DNA of 64,000 nt from Octopus sinensis. Taxonomy: Eukaryota. The notes under the pieces were generated by a model that ran no database searches, was not told the DNA's origin, and saw only the letters and a list, made by a program, of their open reading frames with translations. The position numbers and the translations under genes are program-made. Shown piece after piece: positions 12,272-26,900 of the stretch. The stretch covers positions 43,710,001 through 43,774,000 of the forward strand of contig NC_042997.1 in assembly GCF_006345805.1 (NCBI RefSeq), given 5' to 3'. The stretch's first letter is position 1; each line of letters opens with the position of its first letter.

Positions 12272-13284
12272 TTATTCACATCAGCCTCAGTTGCTAACCT
12301 TTTTCAGCTTCTCATACTTTAATAAGGGACAAATTCACAACCTTTTGCACCAATAAACTACTAGTGTTCCTGAACGTGGATTTTTATATCTTCTACGGAC
12401 TACTTGAAGCTCACTAACTTCCCACACCTTAATCCTTGGATCTTTTACATACTCACACACACACGTATGTTGGTTTATGTTGGATGAATAAGAGAGGAGT
12501 GCTCAATATATATTGTAGACAATTTGGCTTTTTCTTATAACTAAAACTGAGTGTTTACCTCATGACTCGAATTTCATACCACTGTGTTCGCACTTGAAGT
12601 CCACTCTGGCATATATCCATGCCAGCATCGAACACGGATATTAAATCATGATCATAAATATAAAAACATTCTATGTTTCTCCATAACTTTTACAACAGGA
12701 GCTATTTCTCTTTGTTTCATTGTCATCACCATTTTGTAATGCTTGTAGAAGCATAATCAAAAACTGCAGAGGAATATAATGGGATGAAATATATACATTT
12801 TAAATGTGCCTCTATTCTGAAATGTAAAAGTTTATGTTGAACTTTAACTGCTGCACTTTCTGGCATACAAGTTGGTGTAGTATATACTGTGAACTTGTAG
12901 TGTTAACTTCATTAGTGTCTTTCTAAATCTTGCTGCATTCCACATGGAATTTTTGGTCCTCCAGAGTCATCTCGGTGTATAAATTGACCTACCTTTTTGG
13001 TGTGAAAACTTTGACTTGTATGCCTGAAATTATGGTATATCCTTTCTTTGAGACACACTAATATTGCAAAGCATTTTGTCTAGCACTCCAATAATTCTTC
13101 CAGTTCCTTACCCTTATTGCTCTTTTAATATTAATTCTCATTGATAGAATCATTACAGGGTCAGACAAAATTTATTGTATTTAATTGCTTAATCAATTAT
13201 AACCTTAATCCATGATGTGTGACCTTGTGCTGATATTGGAAGTGATTATTAATAGAATATCGAATGTGGTAGAATGAGAGAAGT

Positions 13285-13480
13285 ACATCATCATTGTTTA
13301 ACGTCCGCTTTCCATGCTAGCATGGGTTGGACAGTTCGACCGGGGTCTGGGAAGCCAGGGCTGCACCAGGCTCCAGTCTGATCTGGCAGTGTTTCTACAG
13401 CTGGATGCCCTTCCTAACGCCAACCACTCCGCGAGTGTAGTGGGTGCTTTTTACGTGCCACCTGCACAGGTGCCAGGGGG
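13285..13480 (-). mobile_element. Family C, 5'-truncated
   Basis: catcatcattgtttaacgtccgctttccatgctagcatgg... is the reverse complement of the family C tail. Confidence 0.85.
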
Positions 13481-14154
13481 GTCTGGCACTAAATGATTGT
13501 CAGTAATTAGTTTCATTCTTCAGCACTTTTAACTTTTTACTGGGGTTGATTAGATCAGCTACTCTAAACAGATTTTGTGTGTAATTAACAAATCATTACA
13601 ATACAGTAATGTAATTAATATTGAAGAATAAGAGTTAGTAGGCTACGATTACAGTTTTGTTTCAATTTATGGATGAATTCTGATCTTTCTATTTGTGATT
13701 GGCATGAATACCAAATAAAATCCTATAATTCACATTATTGAAATTTTGATTTTATCTAGAAAAATAAACATATCAGCAAAACATTGTGTTCTTGAAACAT
13801 ACAGTAAAGGTTTAATGGTCCAGTTTTATTGTTTCATGGAAATAGGATTACTGGAAAAAAAGTTATACACAGAATATGTAGAATATGTTGTAGTGTTTGG
13901 GGGGTTTTTTGTTGTTGTTTTATTGGCATTATTTACTAGATGTTTAATGGGTGGGTAAATAGTTGATAGAGCAGAATTTCTTTGTTAATATATGCAGTAA
14001 CATGGTATATTCATTGACATTTGGTGATAAGAGAAGAAAAGAGAAAATAGGCAGCCCATTAATATAACAGTAAAACTGGAATGGAAATAGACAACAATAT
14101 GTATTATAAGGTTTGATTTAGGATCTGCCGCAATAAATATATATGGTTTGATTT

Positions 14155-14543
14155 GTGGAGGCGCAATGGCCCAGTGGTTAGGGCAGCAGACTCGCGGTCA
14201 TAGGATCGCGGTTTCGATTCCCAGACCGGGCGTTGTGAGTGTTTATTGAGCGAAAACACCTAAAGCTCCACGAGGCTCTTGCAGGGGATGATGGTGATCC
14301 CTGCTGTACTCTTTCACCACAACTTTCTCTCACTCTTACTTCCTATTTCTGTTGTACCTGTATTTCAAAGGGCCGGCCTTGTCACTCTCTGTGTCACGCT
14401 GAATATCCCCGAGAACTACGTTAAGGGTGCACGTGTCTGTGGAGTGCTCAGTCACTTACACGTTAATTTCACGAGCAGGCTGTTCCGTTGATTTGGATCA
14501 ACCGGAACCCTCGTCGTCGTAACCGACGGAGTGCTTCCATCCC
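14155..14543 (+). mobile_element. SINE family B
   Basis: Full copy; 14-bp TSD atatgg(t/c)ttgattt at 14141 and 14544. Confidence 0.93.
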
Positions 14544-16242
14544 ATATGGCTTGATTTAGCTTCTGAAGAAATAACTATGTCAGTGAATTTGACTTGGAAT
14601 TGATATTGGTCCTGGGACTAAGTTCACTAAGAATTTACTATTACACCTTTGATTTTACTCCACCCAACATTATTGGGATGTATGTTTATTTCTGACAATG
14701 ACTGTTTCTATTTGTGCTGTACATATAAGCCTGTGTTTTCATTTATGATGTTTTGATACGTTAAAATACCTAAGTTACGCATTTGTATCAAGTCCTATAG
14801 CTTGCTTATATATTAATTTTTTATATTTATTACTTTAGGTGTAGTTAACTGGGTATGATTAAAATGGTTAGAGATCCTTCTTTTAGTGTATATTTTTGTC
14901 ACTTTAATCCACCACATGTGACTTTGTCCCCCATCTCTCTGGGACTGAAAAAATAAATACTTACTTGTATGAGACTTGATTCAATTAACTCTTTTTACCT
15001 GAAGAAATGCATGGCCTTGTGTCAATCTAAGTTTTATTATTCTATCTTACATTTCTCTCGGTGCCAATCCTATGATGTCTAGAGCTGGTGTCAGCAACAA
15101 GAAATCTAACGGTCTATCACTGAGTGCATGATTGATCAGATAAATGCCACAACAAAGTTTGGAATATATAAATTATCAATTTGAATACATTTTAATTACA
15201 GTTTTCATCAAACCAATAATTGATACATGTTGGAAAATCCTGTTTCTTTACCAAAGGATGCCAATTATTAATCAAAGAACTTGAGTTAAATCTATTTTAA
15301 TTAGGACATAACTAAAATCTATTAAAAAGCAGTAAAGAATATTTAAAACTTCAAAAATGAACCTAATACTCTGAATAGTGGTTAATTAAATATCATGAAA
15401 AACAAAATTGCTTAATTTTAACGCAAAGAGTCCATAAATCAGTGTGAAACCTGATATTGTTAGCTGCATGAAAGCCCTTCGGTATTGGCTGCCAGGCTTG
15501 TTGATACTAATACATTATCCAAAGGAACATCAGTCAATTTTGTTTTCAGATGATTCTTGATAGGTTTCATTTTTAAAATAATTACTGAGACAAGATAAAT
15601 GTATGATCTCATTTTTTTTTTCTCATGGATATTTCCCTCTTGGAGGAACATATTTTCCACAGAAGTCAAACATTGCTACTTTGATAGCCTAGTATTGCAA
15701 AACATGTCAAGAAATTGCATGACATACTTATCGGTACATAAACTGTTCCTTTTGTGTTCTATTTAACTACCAAATTACTCTACAGTGAGCATAGAAAAGA
15801 GATGATTAGTCCTAAATATTCCTTGCAAATCATTTACACATATTCTGTGGTGAAGCACAAAAGATTTGATAAAATATCTGCCTTCCTAGAATGGATTATA
15901 TTTTCTTTTTCAAGTAGATATGTAGCATGCCTTTCTTGTTAAATTGCATTAATGTTTCTGTTTACAAATTTGAATGATTTCACTTGAAATGTGTGCATGA
16001 AGAAAATATCTTGTTCATATTAACAAATGGTTCTACTTCTTGAGATTTGGTTTGGAACAAAATAGGACCCTTGACCAGTGTAACAAGCTGTTCATGTTCA
16101 TGATTCATCACTGAAGTTGTAGGAAATATTTAGAATAAGGAAAAATTGTTCACAGGTTGAAGAAGCAGTTTGTCTTTTAGTGGTGGATCTCGAGTCTCCC
16201 TTGCTTTTACCATGGAATCTTGTATACCATTGTAAAATATAT

Positions 16243-16495
16243 TCTGTGCCGGTGGCACGTAAAAAGCACCATCCGATCATGGCCATTTGCCAGCCTCGCC
16301 TGGCACCTGTGCAGGTGGCACGTAAAAAGCACCCACTGCACTCTCGGAGTGGTTGGTGTTAGGAAGGGCATCCAGCTGTAGAAACACTGCCAGATCAGAC
16401 TGGGCCTGGCGCAGCCTCCTGGCTTCCCAGACCCCAGTTGAACTGTCCAACCCATGCTAGCATGGAAAACGGACGTTAAACGATGATGATGACGA
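16243..16495 (+). mobile_element. Family C, 5'-truncated
   Basis: Two internal repeat units plus core and (GAT)n tail. Confidence 0.85.
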
Positions 16496-16749
16496 TCAAG
16501 CAAGTCTCTATGAGGTTGCACACAGGATATAGTGGTGGTCTAACATATTTTAAGTTAAATCATTTGAATGTATGTGCTTGTGAAAGAAAGTAAAAACAGA
16601 TGAGGTTCTTGCTTAGCTCAAATCAACCCGGATTGAATAGATCTGGGATCTAAGGCATTTCACAATCAATGTGTTCTTTTTCAAAGACACAAAGATGTGA
16701 TGTGAAATAATTTAGTTGAAATTTCCAGTTGGTTGAATGACCCATATTG

Positions 16750-16835
16750 AGATGGCTATTATACTTTACATCTCTAAAAATCCTTATATAGTTATTTCCC
16801 TTACAAACCCGAGCAATGCCAGGCGATACTGCTAG
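16750..16835 (+). mobile_element. Probable Helitron 3' terminus
   Basis: cccgagcaatgccaggcgatactgCTAG|T resembles the GC hairpin plus CTAG end of Helitrons, with the hairpin eroded by CpG-type changes. Confidence 0.5.
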
Positions 16836-17642
16836 TAACATATAATTGAGATATCTTCCTCAGGATATCTTCCTCGGTAGCACTGTCCCATATAGGACAC
16901 CACACTTTGTTGGCAATTATATGTTATGATTGCATATTGCTACTGTTTACATCTCGCTCAGAGATTTAATATGGCTTATAAATATATATAAGGTATTTGT
17001 GTGTGCCTTTTGAGAGTGGGTTTGTTCTTCTCAAGTCTCAAGTCTGTTTGCTGGTCTCTAAACAGTGTCATCATAAATGGTATCATTTGTTTCCAGTGCT
17101 CCATTAAGGTTTGTCTGGATCATTTGTTTGATCAACTGGAAGCTTGTTATCTCCTGTCAAAACAGGAGTTGACCTCAGGAAGGACATTCAATTATAAAAA
17201 AAAAAAAAAAAACTCTGCCCCAACATAGAGATAGGATCCTTTAGACCCTGTTGAGCCGTCTAGCCTGTGCCAGTATGGAGAACAGTTGTAAAATAACGAT
17301 TACATTGATCTTGTAAAGGAGGTCAACTTTTTAATTCTTTCAATCTTATAGACTGACACTCACCTCTCAAAATTGCTGGCTTTATGCCTAAATCAGAAAC
17401 AATTATTTTTAGCATAATTATTGTATTTGTTCTTTTCTTTTCCACTGTCTGTAAGTAATTTTTATTAATTCTAGATAGATATTTGTGCATTCTCAATACT
17501 TAAAGCCACTCCTCACGCTGGGAATGACCTACAACACTACTTTATATATCATATGAGCTTTCCTTGATGGAAAGCTTTCCGTATGTTTTATAGGTTGATG
17601 ACTGTTTGGAGTTTTTGTGGGAACTTTTTAGTTCTGGTTTAA

Positions 17643-17860
17643 CCCTTTAGTGTTCAGATTACTCTGTTAAATGTCATACTTTTCCACTCAAATTGTTTTG
17701 AATTAATCCTGGATCATCTTACAGCTTTGAGGTTTCAATGATGTGATTACTTATTTTTAGAATGGCATGTAGGTAGGTGTGGAGGCTAGATATGGCCAGT
17801 TTGAATATAAAATATGTAGAATATATTGGGCCAGATTTGGCCAGTTTAAACACTAAAGGG
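17643..17860 (+). mobile_element. piggyBac-type MITE
   Basis: TTAA|CCCTTTAGTGTT...AACACTAAAGGG|TTGA; same family at 40251, 46877 and 62991. Confidence 0.8.
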
Positions 17861-17910
17861 TTGAAATAACTGTAAGTCAAAGGATTTTGTTTTGTGTGTT
17901 ACTTGGTGAC

Positions 17911-20900
17911 CCTGGTGCCATATAAAAAACATCCACACTGTAAAGTGGTTGGCATTAGGAAGGGCAAAACAAACCTTGTCAGTGCTGGTGCCATGTAAAA
18001 TGCACTCAATTCCCTCTGTAAGGTGGTTGGCATTAGGAAGGGCAAAACAAACCTTGTCAGTGCTGGTGCCATGTAAAATGCACTCAATTCCCTCTGTAAG
18101 GTGGTTGGTATTAGGAAGGGCAAAACAAACCTTGTCAGTGCTGGTGCCATGTAAAATGCACTCAATTCCCTCTGTAAAGTGGTTGGCATTAGGAAGGGCA
18201 AAACAAACCTTGTCAGTGCTGGTGCCATGTAAAATGCACTCAATTCCCTCTGTAAGGTGGTTGGTATTAGGAAGGGCAAAACAAACCTTGTCAGTGCTGG
18301 TGCCATGTAAAATGCACTCAATTCCCTCTGTAAGGTGGTTGGCATTAGGAAGGGCAAAACAAACCTTGTCAGTGCTGGTGCCATGTAAAATGCACTCAAT
18401 TCCCTCTGTAAGGTGGTTGGTATTAGGAAGGGCAAAACAAACCTTGTCAGTGCTGGTGCCATGTAAAATGCACTCAATTCCCTCTGTAAAGTGGTTGGTA
18501 TTAGGAAGGGCAAAACAAACCTTGTCAGTGCTGGTGCCATGTAAAATGCACTCAATTCCCTCTGTAAGGTGGTTGGTATTAGGAAGGGCAAAACAAACCT
18601 TGTCAGTGCTGGTGCCATGTAAAATGCACTCAATTCCCTCTGTAAGGTGGTGGTATTACGAAGGGCAAAACAAACCTTGTCAGTGCTGGTGCCATGTAAA
18701 ATGCACTCAATTCCCTCTGTAAGGTGGTTGGTATTAGGAAGGGCAAAACAAACCTTGTCAGTGCTGGTGCCATGTAAAATGCACTCAATTCCCTCTGTAA
18801 GGTGGTTGGTATTAGGAAGGGCAAAACAAACCTTGTCAGTGCTGGTGCCATGTAAAATGCACTCAATTCCCTCTGTAAGGTGGTTGGCATTAGGAAGGGC
18901 AAAACAAACCTTGTCAGTGCTGGTGCCATGTAAAATGCACTCAATTCCCTCTGTAAGGTGGTTGGTATTAGGAAGGGCAAAACAAACCTTGTCAGTGCTG
19001 GTGCCATGTAAAATGCACTCAATTCCCTCTGTAAGGTGGTTGGTATTACGAAGGGCAAAACAAACCTTGTCAGTGTGCTGGTGCCATGTAAAATGCACTC
19101 AATTCCCTCTGTAAGGTGGTTGGTATTAGGAAGGGCAAAACAAACCTTGTCAGTGCTGGTGCCATGTAAAATGCACTCAATTCCCTCTGTAAGGTGGTTG
19201 GTATTAGGAAGGGCAAAACAAACCTTGTCAGTGCTGGTGCCATGTAAAATGCACTCAATTCCCTCTGTAAGGTGGTGGTGGCATTAGGAAGGGCAAAACA
19301 AACCTTGTCAGTGCTGGTGCCATGTAAAATGCACTCAATTCCCTCTGTAAGGTGGTTGGTATTTGGAAGGGCAAAACAAACCTTGTCAGTGCTGGTGCCA
19401 TGTAAAATGCACTCNNNNNNNNNNNNNNNNNNNNNNNNNNNNNNNNNNNNNNNNNNNNNNNNNNNNNNNNNNNNNNNNNNNNNNNNNNNNNNNNNNNNNN
19501 NNNNNNNNNNNNNNTCAATTCCCTCTGTAAGGTGGTTGGTATTAGGAAGGGCAAAACAAACCTTGTCAGTGCTGGTGCCATGTAAATGCACTCAATTCCC
19601 TCTGTAAGGTGGTTGGTATTGGATAAGGGCAAAACAAACCTTGTCAGTGCTGGTGCCATGTAAAATGCACTCAATCCCTCTGTAAGGTGGTTGGCATTTG
19701 GAAGGGCAAAACAAAACTTTGTCAGTGCTGGTGCCATGTAAAATGCACTCAATTCCTCTGTAAGGTGGTTGGTATTAGGAAGGGCAAAACAAACTTGTCA
19801 GTGCTGGTGCCATGTAAAATGCACTCAATTCCCTCTGTAAGGTGGGTTGGTATTAGGAAGGGCAAAACAAACCTTGTCAGTGCTGGTGCCATGTAAAATG
19901 CACTCAATTCCCTCTGTAAGGTGGTTGGTATTAGGAAGGGCAAAACAAACCTGTCAGTGTCTGGTGCCATGTAAAATGCACTCAATTCCCTCTGTAAGGT
20001 GGGTTGAGTATTAGGAAGGGCAAAACAAAACCTTGTCAGTGCTGGTGCCATGTAAATGCACTCAATTCCCTCTGTAAGGTGGTTGGTATTAGGAAGGGCA
20101 AAACAAACCTTGTCAGTGCTGGTGCCATGTAAAATGCACTCAATTCCCTCTGTAAGGTGGTTGGTATTAGGAAGGGCAAAACAAACCTTGTCAGTGCTGG
20201 TGCCATGTAAAATGCACTCAATTCCTCTGTAAGGTGGTTGGTATTAGGAAGGGCAAAACAAACCTTGTCAGTGCCTGGTGCCATGTAAAATGCACTCAAT
20301 TCCTCTGTAAGGTGGTTGGTATTAGGAAGGGCAAAACAAACCTTGTCAGTGCTGGTGCCATGTAAAATGCACTCAATTCCCTCTGTAAGGTGTTGGATTA
20401 GGAAGGGCAAAACAAACCTTGTCAGTGCTGGTGCCATGTAAAATGCACTCAATTCCCTCTGTAAGGTGGTTGGTATTAGGAAGGGCAAAACAAACCTTGT
20501 CAGTGCTGGTGCCATGTAAAATGCACTCAATTCCCTCTGTAAGGTGGTTGGTATTAGGAAGGGCAAAACAAACTTGTCAGTGCTGGTGCCATGTAAAATG
20601 CACTCAATTCCCTCTGTAAGGTGGTGGTATTAGGAAGGGCAAAACAAACCTTGTCAGTGCTGGTGCCATGTAAAATGCACTCAATTCCTCTGTAAGGTGG
20701 TTGGTATTTAGAAGGGCAAAACAAACCTTGTCAGTGCTGGTGCCATGTAAAATGCACTCAATTCCCTCTGTAAAGTGTGGTTGGTATTAGGAAGGGCAAA
20801 ACAAACCTTGTCAGTGCTTGGTGGCCATGTAAAATGCACTCAATTCCCTCTGTAAGGTGGTGTGGTATTAGGAAGGGCAAAACAAACCTTGTCAGTGCTG

Positions 20901-23900
20901 GTGCCATGTAAAATGCACTCAATTCCCTCTGTAAGGTGGTTGGTATTAGGAAGGGCAAAACAAACCTTGTCAGTGCTGGTGCCATGTAAAATGCACTCAA
21001 TTCCCTCTGTAAGGTGGTTGGTATTAGGAAGGGCAAAAACAAACCTGTCAGTGCTGGTGCCATGTAAAATGCACTCAATTCCCTCTGTAAGGTGGTTGGT
21101 ATTAGGAAGGGCAAAACAAACCTTGTCAGTGTGGTGGTGCCATGTAAAATGCACTCAATTCCCTCTGTAAGGTGGTTGTATTAGGAAGGGCAAAAACAAA
21201 ACCTTGTTGTCAGTGCTGGTGCCATGTAAAATGCACTCAATTCCCTCTGTAAGGTGGTTGGTATTAGGAAGGGCAAAACAAACCTTGTCAGTGCTGGTGC
21301 CATGTAAAATGCACTCAATTCCCTCTGTAAGGTGGTTGGTATTAGGAGAAGCGGCAAAACAAACCTTGTCAGTGCTGGTGCCATGTAAAATGCACTCAAT
21401 TCCCTCTGTAAGTGGTTGGTGGCATTAGGAAGGGCAAAACAAACCTTGTCAGTGCTGGTGCCATGTAAAATGCACTCAATTCCTCTGTAAGGTGGTTGGT
21501 ATTAGGAAGGGCAAAAACAAACCTTGTCAGTGCTGGTGCATGTAAAATGCACTCAATTCCCTCTGTAAGGTGGTTGGTATTAGGAAGGGCAAAACAAACC
21601 TTGTCAGTGCTGGTGCCATGTAAATGCACTCAATTCCCTCTGTAAGGTGGTTGGTATTAGGAAGGGCAAAACAAACCTTGTCAGTGCTGGTGCCATGTAA
21701 AATGCACTCAATTCCCTCTGTAAGGTGGTTGGTATTAGGAAGGGCAAAACAAACCTTGTCAGTGCTGGTGCCATGTAAAATGCACTCAATTCCCTCTGTA
21801 AGGTGGTTGGTATTAGGAAGGGCAAAACAAACCTTGTCAGTGCTGTGGTGCCATGTAAAATGCACTCAATTCCCTCTGTAAGGTGGTTGGTATTAGGAAG
21901 GGCCAAAACAAACCTTGTCAGTGCTGGTGCCATGTAAAATGCACTCAATTCCCTCTGTAAGGTGGTTGGTATTAGGAAGGGCAAAACAAACCTTGTCAGT
22001 GCTGGTGCCATGTAAAATGCACTCAATTCCTCTGTAAGGTGGTTGGTATTAGGAAGGGCAAAACAAACCTTGTCAGTGCTGGTGCCATGTAAAATGCACT
22101 CAATTCCCTCTGTAAGGTGGTTGGTATTAGGAAGGGCAAAACAAACCTTGTCAGTGCTGGTGGTGCCATGTAAAATGCACTCAATTCCCTCTGTAAGGGG
22201 GTTGGTGTTGGTTAGGTATTGGGAAGGGCAAAACAAACCTTGTCAGTGCTGGTGCCATGTAAAATGCACTCAATTCCCTCTGTAAGGTGGTTGGTATTAG
22301 GAAGGGCAAAACAAACCTTGTCAGTGCTGGTGCCATGTAAAATGCACTCAATTCCCTCTGTAAGGTGGTTGGTATTAGGAAGGGCAAAACAAACCTTGTC
22401 AGTGCTGGTGCCATGTAAAATGCACTCAATTCCCTCTGTAAGGTGGTTGGTATTAGGAAGGGCAAAACAAACCTTGTCAGTGCTGGTGCCATGTAAAATG
22501 CACTCAATTCCCTCTGTAAGGTGGTGGTATTAGGAAGGGCAAAACAAACCTTGTCAGTGCTGGTGCCATGTAAAATGCACTCAATTCCCTCTGTAAGGTG
22601 GTGGTATTAGGAAGGGCAAAACAAACCTTGTCAGTGCTGGTGCCATGTAAAATGCACTCAATTCCCTCTGTAAGGTGGTTGGTATTAGGAAGGGCAAACA
22701 AACCTTGTCAGTGCTGGTGCCATGTAAAATGCACTCAATTCCCTCTGTAAGGTGGTTGGTATTAGGAAGGGCAAAACAAACCTTGTCAGTGCTGGTGCCA
22801 TGTAAAATGCACTCAATTCCCTCTGTAAGGTGGTTGGTATTAGGAAGGGCAAAACAAACCTTGTCAGTGCTGGTGCCATGTAAAATGCACTCAATTCCCT
22901 CTGTAAGGTGGTTGGTATTAGGAAGGGCAAACAAACCTTGTCAGTGCTGGTGCCATGTAAAATGCACTCAATTCCCTCTGTAAGGTGGTTGGTATTAGGA
23001 AGGGCCAAAACAAACCTTGTCAGTGCTGGTGCCATGTAAAATGCACTCAATTCCCTCTGTAAGGTGGTTGGTATTAGGAAGGGCAAAACAAACCTTGTCA
23101 GTGCTGGTGCCATGTAAAATGCACTCAATTCCCTCTGTAAGGGTTGGTATTAGGACAACCACAAGGGCAAAACAAACCTTGTCAGTGCTGGGCCATGTAA
23201 AATGCACTCAATTCCCTCTGTAAGGTGGTTGGTATTAGGAAGGGCAAAACAAACCTTGTCAGTGCTGGTGCCATGTAAAATGCACTCAATTCCCTCTGTA
23301 AGGTGGTTGGTATTAGGAAGGGCAAAACAAACCTTGTCAGTGCTGGTGCCATGTAAAATGCACTCAATTCCCTCTGTAAGGTGGTTGGATTAGGAAGGGC
23401 AAAACAAACCTTGTCAGTGCTGGTGCCATGTAAAATGCACTCAATTCCCTCTGTAAGGTGGTTGGTATTAGGAAGGGCAAAACAAACCTTGTCAGTGCTG
23501 GTGCCATGTAAAATGCACTCAATTCCCTCTGTAAGGTGGTTGGTATTAGGAAGGGCAAAACAAACCTTGTCAGTGCTGGTGCCATGTAAAATGCACTCAA
23601 TTCCCTCTGTAAGGTGGTTGGTATTAGGAAGGGCAAAACAAACCTTGTCAGTGCTGGTGCCATGTAAAATGCACTCAATTCCCTCTGTAAGGTGGTTGGT
23701 ATTAGGAAGGGCAAAACAAACCTTGTCAGTGCTGGTGCCATGTAAAATGCACTCAATTCCCTCTGTAAGGTGGTTGGTATTAGGAAGGGCAAAACAAACC
23801 TTGTCAGTGCTGGTGCCATGTAAAATGCACTCAATTCCCTCTGTAAGGTGGTTGGTATTAGGAAGGGCAAAACAAACCTTGTCAGTGCTGGTGCCATGTA

Positions 23901-26900
23901 AAATGCACTCAATTCCCTCTGTAAGGTGGTTGGTATTAGGAAGGGCAAAACAAACCTTGTCAGTGCTGGTGCCATGTAAAATGCACTCAATTCCCTCTGT
24001 AAGGTGGTTGGTATTAGGAAGGGCAAAACAAACCTTGTCAGTGCTGGTGCCATGTAAAATGCACTCAATTCCCTCTGTAAGGTGGTTGGTATTAGGAAGG
24101 GCAAAACAAACCTTGTCAGTGCTGGTGCCATGTAAAATGCACTCAATTCCCTCTGTAAGGTGGTTGGTATTAGGAAGGGCAAAACAAACCTTGTCAGTGC
24201 TGGTGCCATGTAAAATGCACTCAATTCCCTCTGTAAGGTGGTTGGTATTAGGAAGGGCAAAACAAACCTTGTCAGTGCTGGTGCCATGTAAAATGCACTC
24301 AATTCCCTCTGTAAGGTGGTTGGTATTAGGAAGGGCAAAACAAACCTTGTCAGTGCTGGTGCCATGTAAAATGCACTCAATTCCCTCTGTAAGGTGGTTG
24401 GTATTAGGAAGGGCAAAACAAACCTTGTCAGTGCTGGTGCCATGTAAAATGCACTCAATTCCCTCTGTAAGGTGGTTGGTATTAGGAAGGGCAAAACAAA
24501 CCTTGTCAGTGCTGGTGCCATGTAAAATGCACTCAATTCCCTCTGTAAGGTGGTTGGTATTAGGAAGGGCAAAACAAACCTTGTCAGTGCTGGTGCCATG
24601 TAAAATGCACTCAATTCCCTCTGTAAGGTGGTTGGTATTAGGAAGGGCAAAACAAACCTTGTCAGTGCTGGTGCCATGTAAAATGCACTCAATTCCCTCT
24701 GTAAGGTGGTTGGTATTAGGAAGGGCAAAACAAACCTTGTCAGTGCTGGTGCCATGTAAAATGCACTCAATTCCCTCTGTAAGGTGGTTGGTATTAGGAA
24801 GGGCAAAACAAACCTTGTCAGTGCTGGTGCCATGTAAAATGCACTCAATTCCCTCTGTAAGGTGGTTGGTATTAGGAAGGGCAAAACAAACCTTGTCAGT
24901 GCTGGTGCCATGTAAAATGCACTCAATTCCCTCTGTAAGGTGGTTGGTATTAGGAAGGGCAAAACAAACCTTGTCAGTGCTGGTGCCATGTAAAATGCAC
25001 TCAATTCCCTCTGTAAGGTGGTTGGTATTAGGAAGGGCAAAACAAACCTTGTCAGTGCTGGTGCCATGTAAAATGCACTCAATTCCCTCTGTAAGGTGGT
25101 TGGTATTAGGAAGGGCAAAACAAACCTTGTCAGTGCTGGTGCCATGTAAAATGCACTCAATTCCCTCTGTAAGGTGGTTGGTATTAGGAAGGGCAAAACA
25201 AACCTTGTCAGTGCTGGTGCCATGTAAAATGCACTCAATTCCCTCTGTAAGGTGGTTGGTATTAGGAAGGGCAAAACAAACCTTGTCAGTGCTGGTGCCA
25301 TGTAAAATGCACTCAATTCCCTCTGTAAGGTGGTTGGTATTAGGAAGGGCAAAACAAACCTTGTCAGTGCTGGTGCCATGTAAAATGCACTCAATTCCCT
25401 CTGTAAGGTGGTTGGTATTAGGAAGGGCAAAAAACCTTGTCAGTGCTGGTGCCATGTAAAATGCACTCAATTCCCTCTGTAAGGTGGTTGGTATTAGGAA
25501 GGGCAAAACAAACCTTGTCAGTGCTGGTGCCATGTAAAATGCACTCAATTCCCTCTGTAAGGTGGTTGGTATTAGGAAGGGCAAAACAAACCTTGTCAGT
25601 GCTGGTGCCATGTAAAATGCACTCAATTCCCTCTGTAAGGTGGTTGGTATTAGGAAGGGCAAAACAAACCTTGTCAGTGCTGGTGCCATGTAAAATGCAC
25701 TCAATTCCCTCTGTAAGGTGGTTGGTATTAGGAAGGGCAAAACAAACCTTGTCAGTGCTGGTGCCATGTAAAATGCACTCAATTCCCTCTGTAAGGTGGT
25801 TGGTATTAGGAAGGGCAAAACAAACCTTGTCAGTGCTGGTGCCATGTAAAATGCACTCAATTCCCTCTGTAAGGTGGTTGGTATTAGGAAGGGCAAAACA
25901 AACCTTGTCAGTGCTGGTGCCATGTAAAATGCACTCAATTCCCTCTGTAAGGTGGTTGGTATTAGGAAGGGCAAAACAAACCTTGTCAGTGCTGGTGCCA
26001 TGTAAAATGCACTCAATTCCCTCTGTAAGGTGGTTGGTATTAGGAAGGGCAAAACAAACCTTGTCAGTGCTGGTGCCATGTAAAATGCACTCAATTCCCT
26101 CTGTAAGGTGGTTGGTATTAGGAAGGGCAAAACAAACCTTGTCAGTGCTGGTGCCATGTAAAATGCACTCAATTCCCTCTGTAAGGTGGTTGGTATTAGG
26201 AAGGGCAAAACAAACCTTGTCAGTGCTGGTGCCATGTAAAATGCACTCAATTCCCTCTGTAAGGTGGTTGGTATTAGGAAGGGCAAAACAAACCTTGTCA
26301 GTGCTGGTGCCATGTAAAATGCACTCAATTCCCTCTGTAAGGTGGTTGGTATTAGGAAGGGCAAAACAAACCTTGTCAGTGCTGGTGCCATGTAAAATGC
26401 ACTCAATTCCCTCTGTAAGGTGGTTGGTATTAGGAAGGGCAAAACAAACCTTGTCAGTGCTGGTGCCATGTAAAATGCACTCAATTCCCTCTGTAAGGTG
26501 GTTGGTATTAGGAAGGGCAAAACAAACCTTGTCAGTGCTGGTGCCATGTAAAATGCACTCAATTCCCTCTGTAAGGTGGTTGGTATTAGGAAGGGCAAAA
26601 CAAACCTTGTCAGTGCTGGTGCCATGTAAAATGCACTCAATTCCCTCTGTAAGGTGGTTGGTATTAGGAAGGGCAAAACAAACCTTGTCAGTGCTGGTGC
26701 CATGTAAAATGCACTCAATTCCCTCTGTAAGGTGGTTGGTATTAGGAAGGGCAAAACAAACCTTGTCAGTGCTGGTGCCATGTAAAATGCACTCAATTCC
26801 CTCTGTAAGGTGGTTGGTATTAGGAAGGGCAAAACAAACCTTGTCAGTGCTGGTGCCATGTAAAATGCACTCAATTCCCTCTGTAAGGTGGTTGGTATTA

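Noticed and set aside
14155-14235. tRNA genes at SINE heads
   Set aside because: Only A/B-box-like heads fused to SINE bodies with TSDs; no complete cloverleaf is evident.
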